This document shows, piece by piece, positions 1 through 10,360 of a stretch of DNA of 40,000 nucleotides; the stretch's first letter is position 1, and each line of letters starts with the position of its first letter. The position numbers and the translations under genes are program-made. Source of the DNA: a cyanobacterium endosymbiont of Rhopalodia gibba. GTDB lineage: Bacteria > Cyanobacteriota > Cyanobacteriia > Cyanobacteriales > Microcystaceae. The stretch lies in the NCBI GenBank assembly GCA_045159875.1, contig CP067995.1, positions 582,970 to 622,969 on the forward strand, written 5' to 3'. The notes under the pieces were generated by a model. That model had not been told where the DNA came from. It was given only the letters and a program-made list of their open reading frames with translations, and did no database searches.

Positions 1-329
1 ACTTCTATCGTACTGTTATTAACAGTTGGGACACAAACAGCAATATGTTGTTTGTAGATCTCTTCATCATTCTCCTTATTGACACTTAAACGTTCACAGA
101 GAATAGTATCTGAGAGAATGGCACTTGCCATCATTGCGGTATGAATTTCTAATAATGCTTGAGGCACAGCTTCAAACATCAGCTGTTGTCCAGGAAAGAC
201 AACTCTCTCAAAATACCAATTCGGAACATTTGCAATCCGAACAACTTGAATTCTACTTGTCGCGTTTACATAGCAACAAAGGATAATTCTCCTTTGTCCA
301 GTTTGAAGGGAATGGAGAATCTGGTCCAT
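1..329 (-). CDS. DUF1830-like conserved cyanobacterial protein; C-terminal end runs off the window
   Basis: Hand translation of the minus strand from ATG (complement of 327-329) gives MDQILHSLQTGQRRIILCCYVNATSRIQVVRIANVPNWYFERVVFPGQQLMFEAVPQALLEIH... An in-frame stop lies just upstream (360-362). The CCY..PNWYFERVVFPGQ block matches my memory of DUF1830 proteins. It is absent from the ORF track because it is open at the window edge. Confidence 0.6.
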   Translation of the reverse strand, partial: MDQILHSLQTGQRRIILCCYVNATSRIQVVRIANVPNWYFERVVFPGQQLMFEAVPQALLEIHTAMMASAILSDTILCERLSVNKENDEEIYKQHIAVCVPTVNNSTIE

Positions 330-791
330 AGTAATGGAGGCAATGTGAAGTACGGTTCGTCATTTCCTCTATACCCTAACATTGAGGGCTCTCAACCAAC
401 TGTAATTAATATTACATTCAATATTTCTATCCTAAAACCAGGACACATTTAAAGAGGGAAGATATTGCTAACTTAGACAAAATTCAAAGGAAATCTTTAA
501 AAATTGTTCGTTAAAGTTCTTTGTCTTTAGTTAATTTAAATAAATATTTTGTTTAGGACTAGCTAAGTTGAATTCACAGTCTCTATTTTTTGATTTAAAT
601 TAACCCTTGCTATCTACTCATAATCTCGTTAAAGTCAAAGATATGTTACAAATTTATCATCGCTTTTAAAAAATTTATTAGATACTGAAGTGATCCTGGG
701 ATCGTCTATTGTTGCTTAGCCTAAACTATTCTTAATCCCCCATTTGCGAGCGATTAACTCTGCTGAACTAATGTTTAAGAAGGATTTGACA

Positions 792-2360
792 ATGACACAG
801 CGTATTCTCTATGTTCGTCTCCCCTGTAATCCCATTTTTCCTATTGGCGTTGTCTATTTATCTGATCACGTTCATAAATTTTTTCCTCAAATTAAGCAAA
901 AAATTCTTGATTTTGGAACAATTCCCCCATTAGAATTCAAAAAAACTTTAGATAATTGTATCGATGAGTTTAAACCAACTTTGCTAGTATTTTCTTGGCG
1001 AGATATCCAAATTTATGCACCTGTTGGTGGTAGAGGAGGCAATCCCCTACAAAATGCTTTTGAATTTTATTACGCTAAAAACCCTCTAATTCGTTTACGA
1101 GGAGCATTAGGTGGATTAAAAGTAACTATTGCTTACTATGGTGAGATATGGCGAAATATAGGGCTAATTCGGCGTGGACTTAAACGGGCAAAAGAATATC
1201 ATCCAGAAGCACGTTTGGTTGTAGGAGGCGGTGCAATAAGTGTGTTTTACGAGCAGTTAAAATCGGATCTTCCCAAGGGGACTATTGTTTCAGTGGGTGA
1301 GGGAGAAACTTTACTTCAAAAACTGTTGCAAGGGAAAGATTTTTCGGAAGAGCGTTGTTATGTTGTGGGAGAGAATGCTCTCCGCGAAAAATTAATCCAT
1401 GAACCACCAACACCTATTGAAAAAACTGCTTGTAATTATAAATATATTCAGAGTATTTGGCCGGAATTTGACTATTACTTTCAAGAAAATGACTTTTACA
1501 TTGGAGTACAAACTAAGCGAGGTTGTCCCCATAATTGTTGCTATTGTGTCTATACAGTAGTGGAAGGAAAACAAGTTAGAATCAACCCTGCTGATGAAGT
1601 AGTCAAGGAAATGCGCCAACTTTATGATCGAGGAATTCGTAATTTCTGGTTTACTGATGCCCAGTTTATTCCCGCCCGTAAATTTATTAAAAATACTGAA
1701 GAATTATTACAAAAAATTCTTGATTCTGAGATGACAGATATTCATTGGGCAGCCTATATTCGGGCAGATAATTTAACTCCAAATTTGTGTGATTTGATGG
1801 CTAAAACAGGGATGAATTATTTTGAAATTGGTATCACTAGTGGTTCACAGGAATTAGTTCGTAAGATGCGAATGGGCTATAAGTTACGAACAGTTTTGCA
1901 AAATTGTCGTGATCTTAAAAGGGCAGGATTTAATGACATGGTATCAGTTAATTATTCTTTTAATGTAATTAATGAAACCTTTGATACCATCCGACAAACT
2001 ATTGCTTATCATCGAGAATTAGAAAATATTTTTGGAATTGATAAGGTAGAACCTGCTATTTTCTTTATTGGGCTACAACCCCATACTCATCTCGAAGAAT
2101 ATGCTTTGGAAAATAATATTCTTAAACCTGGGTATAATCCTATGAGTTTGATGCCTTGGACAGCCAAGAAATTACTTTGGAATCCTGAACCTTTAGGATC
2201 ATTTTTTGGAGAGGTTTGCCTGAAAGCATGGAAAGAAAATCCTAATAATTTTGGACAGGAAGTTATGAAAATTCTAGAAAAAAAATTAGGAAAAGCTGAT
2301 TTAGAAGAAGCCTTAACTGCTCCTATCAAAGAGAAAAAAAAACAGTTGATAGTAGCTTAG
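792..2360 (+). CDS. Radical SAM protein with an N-terminal B12-binding-like domain (a cyanobacterial family I recall being annotated as photosystem II high-light acclimation radical SAM protein)
   Basis: The track ORF 744-2360 starts at TTG. The ATG at 792 gives MTQRILYVRLPCNPIFPIG. It carries the CxxxCxxC radical SAM motif CPHNCCYCVY, and the long ORF has no internal stops. Confidence 0.8.
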   Translation: MTQRILYVRLPCNPIFPIGVVYLSDHVHKFFPQIKQKILDFGTIPPLEFKKTLDNCIDEFKPTLLVFSWRDIQIYAPVGGRGGNPLQNAFEFYYAKNPLIRLRGALGGLKVTIAYYGEIWRNIGLIRRGLKRAKEYHPEARLVVGGGAISVFYEQLKSDLPKGTIVSVGEGETLLQKLLQGKDFSEERCYVVGENALREKLIHEPPTPIEKTACNYKYIQSIWPEFDYYFQENDFYIGVQTKRGCPHNCCYCVYTVVEGKQVRINPADEVVKEMRQLYDRGIRNFWFTDAQFIPARKFIKNTEELLQKILDSEMTDIHWAAYIRADNLTPNLCDLMAKTGMNYFEIGITSGSQELVRKMRMGYKLRTVLQNCRDLKRAGFNDMVSVNYSFNVINETFDTIRQTIAYHRELENIFGIDKVEPAIFFIGLQPHTHLEEYALENNILKPGYNPMSLMPWTAKKLLWNPEPLGSFFGEVCLKAWKENPNNFGQEVMKILEKKLGKADLEEALTAPIKEKKKQLIVA

Positions 2361-3371
2361 TTTATAAGTTAATGTAGAGGAAATACTTAAAACTTTACCA
2401 ATGATCGTTAAGAGTAGTATAGATTAAATAGCTCGAACCCTTATTTTTTAATTTTCAATTTTATTAAAAATTAAAGAATACTTGAGAACTATGCAATTCT
2501 AGAGTTCTCAATAGGACTGTCAATAAAGCGATTTATTTAGTAACTTAGTAAAGACATAATTGGCTAGTTTAACCACTGCTTTCATTGTGAACTACTCAAT
2601 CTAAACTCTCTATTAGTTTTAATTTGCGGGGAAATTTTTAACGTTGTTTATCAGTCAATCAAAGTCTCTTTCCTCATTTTCCTTTTAAATTATCTTCTTA
2701 AAACTCTTAATCTATCCTTCTACAAATTTATTCTATGTTTTTAGAACTTTCTTTCTATTAAGAGAAATTTGTTTTTACATAAAATGCGTAATTTCTGAGA
2801 GTTAACTTCTGAGATATTCTCAAGAGTAAATATTATCTTCTTAATTCTGCATAATTTTACTTTTTTAGACACTTATTATTTAGCTAAAGTTGACTGGCTT
2901 AAGAAGCTAAATAAAGTTTCTCATAGATTATTTATATCTAGATTGTTTTTCTCTCAATTATAAGTAAGCTGTTACTACTAAATTTAGTATGATTCAAAGA
3001 CAACAAAGTTTTTATGTAGTGTTAGTTCTTTTAAATAAAGAAGTAATCATAGAGATTATAGAAGGAATAAGATAATCAGTTTTCTCAAAAATACACCGAT
3101 TATTTCTTGAGGAAGACTCAGACTGGTTATATCAGGACCATTGAAATTAGCTAACTGATGTCAGAACGTTTGTTTGTTGCAACTGATTAATAATTAACTT
3201 AGTACGAGTATTTTCTCTATTGCAGGTAAGAATTAATTTTTTATATAAATATTTTTTTATACACAATTTTTAAGAGTCATTTAAGGTTAATAATTGATTA
3301 AAATAGATTGTAGACTAAATTAACTTTATTTTGAAAAAAATAAGATATAAAAATTACTTTACTGCCTGGCT

Positions 3372-3420
3372 AAGAAACAAGTTTTCTGAAAATTTAAAAT
3401 TTTCAGAAAACTTGTTTCTT
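3372..3420 (-). terminator. 49-nt perfect palindrome (24-bp stem, 1-nt loop) 10 nt downstream of the 3431-3682 gene
   Basis: Read directly: aagaaacaagttttctgaaaattt-a-aaattttcagaaaacttgtttctt. There is no clean U-tract on the minus strand, so the terminator or RNA-stabiliser role is inferred. Confidence 0.45.
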
Positions 3421-3430
3421 AAAAAGATGT

Positions 3431-3682
3431 TTAACTTTCAGTCACAAGTTCAGGGTACAATCCTAATTCTTTAGATAACTGACGGGCAAGAAAAATCAGG
3501 AACTTTGCTCCATCTTGATTTCCTTCATGAGCTTGTGCAGTAGCAACTTCCATTAAGGTTTGAACAAAATCTGCATCAATTAAACTTTTGTTAGCATCTA
3601 ACACATCCGGCTCTTGTCCATTGGGACAACCGACTAAATCCTGAATTAGTTGAAAATATTGCTGTCGACGAGATTCTGTCAT
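3431..3682 (-). CDS. Small hypothetical protein resembling the N-terminal module of cyanobacterial TPR/CHAT-type proteins
   Basis: 83-aa ORF. The segment QQYFQLIQDLVGCPNGQEPDVLDANKSLIDADFVQTLMEV resembles a motif I recall from N-termini of large cyanobacterial TPR proteins. Its GC content is clearly above the surrounding AT-rich DNA. Confidence 0.5.
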   Translation of the reverse strand: MTESRRQQYFQLIQDLVGCPNGQEPDVLDANKSLIDADFVQTLMEVATAQAHEGNQDGAKFLIFLARQLSKELGLYPELVTES

Positions 3683-3729
3683 GGGAATGGTTCTCCTTAG
3701 GTAAATATCCTGGGTTAAACTTAACTTAC

Positions 3730-4218
3730 TTAATCGTCGTCTTTGTCAGGGGATTTTGTTAAAACTTCAAATACCGTTGTAGCACAAGATTCTCGATTTT
3801 TATCAATTTCTTTCACCCTTTTAGTTATCAGTTTAGCTTCTTCGAGTTGCCCAAGTTTAGCCAAAATAAACCCTTGCGCTGCGTAGGCATTCATATACAG
3901 TCGGATAGATGAATCAAACTGACGATTGACTAATATGGGCTTTAGTTGCTCCCATTGTAGCGGAAGATTTTCTCTCTCTTGGATAATTCTTAAGATTTTT
4001 TTTGCAATCTCGAGAGCAATTTCGGGTTTTTTTTTATAAAAGAAAAAACGATAAGCTCCTATTAAAACATCAAGGTTATTTTCGGACTTGTTTAGGGCTT
4101 CACGTATATATTGTTCTGCTAATATTGTATTTTCCCAATTGTTAGAAGCTACAATTAATAAAGTTTTTACATCTTCCGATACGTCGTACCAGGACAGTTG
4201 ATCTTCACTTACTACCAT
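3730..4218 (-). CDS. Hypothetical protein, helical/TPR-like
   Basis: 162-aa ORF with helical-repeat-like composition (AYRFFFYKKKPEIALEIAKK, NAYAAQGFILAKLGQLEEAK). It lies 47 nt upstream of the 3431-3682 gene on the same strand. Confidence 0.5.
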   Translation of the reverse strand: MVVSEDQLSWYDVSEDVKTLLIVASNNWENTILAEQYIREALNKSENNLDVLIGAYRFFFYKKKPEIALEIAKKILRIIQERENLPLQWEQLKPILVNRQFDSSIRLYMNAYAAQGFILAKLGQLEEAKLITKRVKEIDKNRESCATTVFEVLTKSPDKDDD

Positions 4219-6266
4219 AATGCATCCTAAAATTCTATTATTAGAATAGCATTTCTACACAAAATAAGTATCAAAATCTCTACTTTAGAGACCGTTCATA
4301 ACGTATACATTGAAAATATTGTAGGGTGTATTATCTTATTTTGATACAAAAAAGATTGTTAACAAAAAAAATTTAGGAATTCTATTGATACAAAAAATAG
4401 AAATCTTAGTTTTCTATTTTAGATAAAGAAACAAGACTAATTTAAAATTAATTAAGCACAAATACTTATGGTTAAAATAGATAAAATACAGAAAATGGAT
4501 TTAAATTATCCTCTTTTTAGGTTTAAAAAATGTTTAATCTCTAAAAATATAAAATTCTCTCAAAGAGTTTTACTATTAACATCTTGCCGTCAAAGTTAAT
4601 TTTATTAATTTTTATTTAATTAAATAATTTACTAGATAAAAGGAAATAATTAGATGTTGTCTATATAATACGAGATATGATAATGGCTGTAATTTGTTTT
4701 TAACAAGTATTAAAATTTAATAATAAAGAGATAAATACAAGCTAATATTTTTAGGTTTTTAGAATTTTTAAAAATTTTCTACTTGTAACAAGTATATACA
4801 AATCTTGTCTCAATTTATTTAGATATAAACAAGGTTTTTAAAATTTAAAAATTCTTAATAATATTTAAAATAGATTAAATTTTCAATTTTTATAAAAAAG
4901 TTTTATCAATTAAGATAACAATATTTTATTGCCATTTTAGTCGAATGATTACATTAATAATTTAATTTTTTTTATCAAAATCATAAATTTAAATTTAACT
5001 GCGAAATCAGATTAAAAGACTGAGTAAACCTGTAAAAAGTTATCTATAAAAATATGGTTTTTCATTAATCTATTCTCAGTTATAAAATACCTAAAGACAA
5101 ATCAATATCTTATATATGCAAACAGATACAAGATGCGTTATTAAAATATGATTTACTTTTTGTAAAAAAAATTAGTATGCAGTAAAAAATTTTAATAAAG
5201 CTAAAAAATAATGGTTTATCAGAATATTTTTGTTACTAACAATAAATGAAATAAAAAAAATAGAAAAAACAATAATCAGTTTTAGACTAAAAAAAGTATT
5301 AAATAAAGATAATAACATTCTTAAAAATCAAGAATCTAATTTAGAAAATAGTGTTAGAAATACACAACAGCATTTATCAAAAAGACTACTCGCTTTAATC
5401 TGGTTCATTTTTATCTTGTATTACGTCTTTTTATTAGTAAATAAGCTAGATTAAAAAGTCTGAATAAAATTAGAGAAAAGAAACCCTTTTATAAGATAAA
5501 AAAATAAAGCTTCAGTTAAATATGAATAGTTTAAAGATTAGTCATGATTATCTATATATCTAATACTAGAAAGTGAGCAAAATAAATTAACTAATTAATA
5601 ATTTTCAAAATCCCTAGTTTATACAAAAAAATGATTAGCTATGTTTTTTATATAAAAATTTATATAATAAAAATATATTTTAAAAAAAATATTTTTTTTA
5701 AAGTTACTTCTCTGGTTTAATAAAAGAATTGAGTTCTTTTATTCTTCACAATAAGAATGACTAAGTTAAATTCTTATAAAATCTAATTAGAAAAATAATT
5801 TCTAGATAAATGAGTTAAGAAATATAAGTATTATAGTCTTTTTCAAAAAGTGTAAGTATAGATAGAATAAAAAGAACTTAGTCTATGCAAGTAATTTTTA
5901 CTAGATAAGTAAAATAAATAACAAAAAAATTATATAAATATTGATCTTTCCGACTTAAATTACTATTTAATGAACCAGGTCATCATTTTTTCTCATTATC
6001 TATCAATTTGCACCACAACTCTTAAATTAGGAACTTAATTTTTCAGTATCTTGGTTTCGTTCTACTTTAGTGGGAGAATTTCTTAATTAAATGAACGATT
6101 TTAAATATTCTTTGATTTTCTTAAATAAGGAATTTGTAGAGCTTTCTATTGACAAAATGAACCAATTTCAAAAAATTGAAGAGCGAATTACCCAATCCAT
6201 TGAGTAATTACGTCCTAAATGTTTTGAATTTAGATCATCTGATCGAAACTGAGACACTGACAATCT

Positions 6267-6314
6267 CAGCTTTTTGTTAGGGTTGCGCCTAAAGCGCAAC
6301 CCAACAAAAAGCTG
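6267..6314 (-). terminator. Strong stem-loop ending the fdxH-feo-mod-fdxB transcription unit
   Basis: cagctttttgttagggttgcgc / ctaaa / gcgcaacccaacaaaaagctg is a stem of about 21 bp with one bulge, and it includes a GC-rich core. It starts 3 nt after the fdxB stop (6317). A/T runs inside both arms mean it could act bidirectionally. Confidence 0.7.
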
Positions 6315-6316
6315 TG

Positions 6317-6601
6317 CTAGGCAGGAGCGTGAGCATAGCAGTTTTTAGGACAGATGCGAGCGCAAGCTTCACAACCAATGCAATTTTCCTTATTAGCAAT
6401 TGTCATAACTTGACGTTCGATATCGTCTTCATCTTCATCTTCGTCAACGAATTCTCCGTCTTCATTAACCCCCATTAAGGCTAATACTTTCTGACCACAG
6501 ACTTTAAAACAACGTCCACAACCCAGACAAGTATCTTTGTTGATAGAGTTAACAAATTGAGGAATCCATTCAAGTCCACCAAAAGTTAAAGCAGTTGCCA
6601 T
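6317..6601 (-). CDS. fdxB: nif-associated 2[4Fe-4S] ferredoxin (ferredoxin III type)
   Basis: 94 aa with two cluster motifs, [11 protein letters not shown] and [12 protein letters not shown], separated by an acidic DEDEDEDD insert. An AGGAG Shine-Dalgarno sequence precedes the ATG. Confidence 0.8.
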   Translation of the reverse strand: MATALTFGGLEWIPQFVNSINKDTCLGCGRCFKVCGQKVLALMGVNEDGEFVDEDEDEDDIERQVMTIANKENCIGCEACARICPKNCYAHAPA

Positions 6602-6615
6602 GTGTGTTCTCCTTT

Positions 6616-8565
6616 TTAAGATAATTTTGGCTTTGAGTGATCCTCGCTAGTTAACCGTAAAGGTTCACTAGGCGAGTATTCAAGGGTATGATATCCGCTT
6701 GAATTCTGTAATAGCAGCAGACGCTGCGGATGAAGCTGAACCCGCCAAGGAAAAGGGCGATCTTTGAGTTGCTGCCATTTGTCCTTCAACACCTCCACTT
6801 GTAAGTGGTAATCGTAGGGACTGGTAGGAGCGCAATTCAGCTTTAAATAAAGAGTCATCCGATGTTGGGTTTCACTAATGGTGGTTAACCAACAGGGGAA
6901 AACATTAATGTCGTGAAGGGGAGAAAATCTTTCAATATCAGGAAAAGTCAGTTGATGAGCGCGAATCCCTACATGGACTAAATTCGAGTCAATGGGATCA
7001 AATACCTCAAGGGTGCATCCCCAGTCAATAGCCGTAATTTTGTATTGGGCAACTTGTCTGACGCGGGAAAAATTCTTACAGCCAGTCAATTGAGCAACCC
7101 TAAAGCTTTGGGGATGTTCAAAAATCCCTTGTTTGGGTCCTTGAGCAATAATTTTTCCTTCTTCGAGAATCAAAAGATTAGGACAAACTCGATATGCTTC
7201 CTCTAGGTTATGAGTGACAAATAAGGTAACACCTTGATAACGAATCAAACTAGTCCTGAGAAGTTTTTCTAGTTGATCTCGTAAGTAGGTGTCCAGAGCA
7301 GAAAATGGTTCATCAAGTAGCAATATTTCTGGTTCGCTGGCTAAGGCACGGGCTAGAGCAATTCTTTGTTGTTGTCCTCCTGAAAGTTCTGTTGGATAGC
7401 GACCACCTAACGCATCCAATTGAACATTGCTCAAATGCTTCTTAATCCTAGCGCGAGTGGCACTTACCGAGAGTCCTTTAGGTAAACCAAAAGCAATATT
7501 CTGAGCAACTGTGAGATGGGGAAACAAGGCATAATTTTGGAACAGATAACCCACGCGACGCTCATGAATGGGTATATTAATCCCCTGACGAGAATCAAAT
7601 AAAACCCGGCCATTCAGGATAATCCGACCGCGATCAGGAGTCTCTAACCCTGTTATACAGCGTAAAATCATGCTTTTTCCTGCCCCAGAAGCCCCTAATA
7701 ACCCCAAGGGAAGTCCATCGGTATGAAAAGACACATCTAACAAAAATCCAGGTAATTGCTTCTGAATGTCAACAATTAGCTCAATTTGCGCTTTTGGCAC
7801 CGGATAATCCGTAGTGTTCCAAGTTAAACCTAATGCATCAGGATCGAGGTTTTCTCTTAACAAGTTGGGTTGTTTTAAAGAGGTTGTTCCTTTGCTTTTT
7901 TGTTTGGGCTGCCTATCAGACCAATAACTAACAATACTCATGATGCTAAGGGACAACACTAAGATGATCCCAACCCAAGCCAATGCCTGATTCATTGCTC
8001 CACTTTCGGCGGCAAAAAAGATGGCAATGGGAATTGTCTGGGTTTTCCCTGGAATACTACCAGCTAACATTAAAGTTGCCCCAAATTCTCCCAACGCTCT
8101 GGTAAAAGCCAATAAAATCCCAGCAATAAGGCCAGGTTTCGCTAGGGGTAGCAAGATTTGCCAGAAAACTCGTTCTTCTGATGCTCCTAGCGTTCTAGCA
8201 CTGGCTAACAAATTGGTGTCAATTTGTCTGAAGGACCCTAACATGGTTTTATACATTAATGGAAAGGCAACAACAACTGAGGCGATAACAGTAGCATACC
8301 AGGTGAAAATGACACTAATATTGAATAAAGCCAACAACTGTCCAATCGGTCCTTGCTTGCCTAACAAGAGTAATAAGACAAACCCCATTACCGTAGGGGG
8401 CAGTACCAAAGGAGCAGTTAATAACCCATCAATTAAACCTTTCCCTACTCCCCGATATTTGAACATCCAACGGGCTGCAGTCACACCGCAAAAGGAGGCA
8501 ATCAGTGTTGCTGTTAAGGCTGTTTTTGAGGAAATCCATACCGGAGAGAGGTCAAGATGCATCAT
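6616..8565 (-). CDS. modBC: Molybdate ABC transporter, fused permease (ModB) and ATPase (ModC) with a C-terminal TOBE-like region
   Basis: 649 aa. The N-terminal half is polytopic membrane with an EAA-like loop ([15 protein letters not shown]). The C-terminal half has Walker A GASGAGKS, signature LSGGQQQR and Walker B LLLDEP. Confidence 0.85.
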   Translation of the reverse strand: MMHLDLSPVWISSKTALTATLIASFCGVTAARWMFKYRGVGKGLIDGLLTAPLVLPPTVMGFVLLLLLGKQGPIGQLLALFNISVIFTWYATVIASVVVAFPLMYKTMLGSFRQIDTNLLASARTLGASEERVFWQILLPLAKPGLIAGILLAFTRALGEFGATLMLAGSIPGKTQTIPIAIFFAAESGAMNQALAWVGIILVLSLSIMSIVSYWSDRQPKQKSKGTTSLKQPNLLRENLDPDALGLTWNTTDYPVPKAQIELIVDIQKQLPGFLLDVSFHTDGLPLGLLGASGAGKSMILRCITGLETPDRGRIILNGRVLFDSRQGINIPIHERRVGYLFQNYALFPHLTVAQNIAFGLPKGLSVSATRARIKKHLSNVQLDALGGRYPTELSGGQQQRIALARALASEPEILLLDEPFSALDTYLRDQLEKLLRTSLIRYQGVTLFVTHNLEEAYRVCPNLLILEEGKIIAQGPKQGIFEHPQSFRVAQLTGCKNFSRVRQVAQYKITAIDWGCTLEVFDPIDSNLVHVGIRAHQLTFPDIERFSPLHDINVFPCWLTTISETQHRMTLYLKLNCAPTSPYDYHLQVEVLKDKWQQLKDRPFPWRVQLHPQRLLLLQNSSGYHTLEYSPSEPLRLTSEDHSKPKLS

Positions 8566-8640
8566 AATTTTTGCTTTTTACTTTTTACCCGTAATTGAGC
8601 ATTGCCCATCCCATAATTAATGGAGGTGCTTAACTGTCTT

Positions 8641-8892
8641 CTACCGAGTTCGTCTTACATAAATGGCACGGGCTAAGGTACGATCAATGGCAATTCGCAT
8701 TTCTCCAACTTTAATAACATATGAAGGAAATCGCTGTTCTAAGGTAATTTTAAGTCCAGGCATAATACCCATAGCGATCAGTTTTCGCAAGAGACTCTCA
8801 TCATTCTTTCTGAATTGAGTAATAATCCCTGTATCCTTCTCTTTGAGAAGATTTAGAGCTAAAGACTCAACGGTGAAACTTTGGGCAAACAT
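8641..8892 (-). CDS. feoA: Ferrous iron transport protein A
   Basis: 83-aa FeoA-like SH3 fold sequence (LRKLIAMGIMPGLKITLEQRFPSYVIKVGEMRIAIDRTLARAIYV). It starts 2 nt after the feoB membrane ORF ends. Confidence 0.8.
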   Translation of the reverse strand: MFAQSFTVESLALNLLKEKDTGIITQFRKNDESLLRKLIAMGIMPGLKITLEQRFPSYVIKVGEMRIAIDRTLARAIYVRRTR

Positions 8893-8893
8893 T

Positions 8894-10360
8894 TTAGAAC
8901 GTGACCTCCAGAATGGATAAGAGTTGATTGAGCAAATACCCCATTAAAAAGGCAAGTACAATAACAAAACTTGTCATGGCTAGAGTAATTTTAAGTCCGT
9001 GTTGTTTTAAAATTAATTGGAATTGAGTCAGACAGGGAATAAATAGAGTTAAGGTAACTGCCGCTACGATCAATTGACGACCCATCAAAACACCTGAGCG
9101 ATGAAGGTCAAACATAGCTGCAGCCCCATAGTCTCGGCGAAAAAATCCGTAAAGAAAAATGGAGGAAGTTGCGGGAGGAAGTCCTAACCAAATCATGATT
9201 GGCTCTAACTCTTTGAGCAATATTTCAAAGAGTCCAGACAGTTTTCCTAGCCAAATTAATACTGATACTAAAATGGATATGTGAATAATTTCCTTTAAAT
9301 ACCATAGAGTTCTTCCATAAGTTTTGCTCAAAATAGACTGAACTCTAGGTATCCTTAATGGGGGAATTTCTAGATAAAAACAGGCACTATCACCAGGTAG
9401 TATCTTGGCGGTTAATAACCCTACGATAACAAAGATAAAACTAATTGTTCCCACCCAAACAATTAGAGCAGTAGGACTTTGAGACAGTAACCCCAAAATA
9501 ACTCCTAATTGAGGCGAACAGGGGACAACTAAGGCTAATAATAGGGTAGCAATCACTCTTTCCCGTTTACTTTCTAAAGTGCGAGTAACAAGAGTAGCCA
9601 TCGTTCCACATCCTAATCCTAAAACTAGGGGAGTAATAGAACGTCCTGATAAACCTAAAGCTTTCAATAAGCGATCAGCCAATAGAGAAAGTCGAGGTAA
9701 GTAGCCACTATCTTCCAATAGAGAAAACATCAAAAAGAAAGTAGTTACAATAGGAAAAATAATAGCGATAACATATCTTAATCCTAAGGTAATAATGCCA
9801 TGCTCATTAGCAATTAAATTTTGCAAAATTGTCCAGGGCAAGAGAGCCGCAGTTATCTGATTAATCAGAGGGTTAATAGTTTTAGTGAAAAAACCTTCGA
9901 GATTACTGACTAATACTCCTACGCCAAAGCTACCAATAAATTGATAGATTCCAAAATAAAAAATAATTATTGCTAGGGGAAAGCCCGTAATGGGATTCAC
10001 AGTCAACTGATGGAAAAATTCCTCACTTTCCTGGGATTTTTTCTTTATATTAACCACCGATGATTCTGCTATTTTCCTAGATAATTGATGACGACTTTTT
10101 GCAACTACTAACACCAGAGGATCACTAAACTGAGACCTAACATAATCAATAACAGTTTGAATTTCTGGAAAATGGGGCTCTAGTTTTTTGGCTTTTTCCC
10201 AAAAAATGGGATCTCCTTGAATAAGTAATAGGGCCAAACTACGCTTCGCAATCGGATATTTACACGAACTAGAAGACCCTTGATGATCTTGTATCAGCAG
10301 GGACTCAATTCTTGTCAGCCCTTCTTCAATAGCTGTAGGATAGCGCAGGAGTGGTGACAT
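8894..10360 (-). CDS. feoB: FeoB membrane (permease) portion, a separate ORF from the G domain
   Basis: 488 aa and polytopic, with typical FeoB gate/core segments. Its ATG lies inside the last 35 nt of the G-domain ORF in another frame. Confidence 0.75.
   Translation of the reverse strand: MSPLLRYPTAIEEGLTRIESLLIQDHQGSSSSCKYPIAKRSLALLLIQGDPIFWEKAKKLEPHFPEIQTVIDYVRSQFSDPLVLVVAKSRHQLSRKIAESSVVNIKKKSQESEEFFHQLTVNPITGFPLAIIIFYFGIYQFIGSFGVGVLVSNLEGFFTKTINPLINQITAALLPWTILQNLIANEHGIITLGLRYVIAIIFPIVTTFFLMFSLLEDSGYLPRLSLLADRLLKALGLSGRSITPLVLGLGCGTMATLVTRTLESKRERVIATLLLALVVPCSPQLGVILGLLSQSPTALIVWVGTISFIFVIVGLLTAKILPGDSACFYLEIPPLRIPRVQSILSKTYGRTLWYLKEIIHISILVSVLIWLGKLSGLFEILLKELEPIMIWLGLPPATSSIFLYGFFRRDYGAAAMFDLHRSGVLMGRQLIVAAVTLTLFIPCLTQFQLILKQHGLKITLAMTSFVIVLAFLMGYLLNQLLSILEVTF

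Noticed and set aside
159-452. 97-aa plus-strand track ORF
   Set aside because: It is TTG-initiated and antisense to the much more convincing DUF1830-like ORF on the minus strand (1-329). It has no recognisable motifs.
1392-2329. Minus-strand ORFs 1392-1619 and 2087-2329
   Set aside because: Both are embedded antisense in the radical SAM gene and are low-complexity shadow ORFs.
5230-5454. 74-aa ORF in the AT-rich desert
   Set aside because: It has a TTG start and a K/N/I-rich composition expected from random AT-rich DNA, with no RBS or homology that I recognise.
8021-8620. 199-aa plus-strand ORF
   Set aside because: It is antisense to modBC, which has clear ABC transporter motifs, so this is a shadow ORF.
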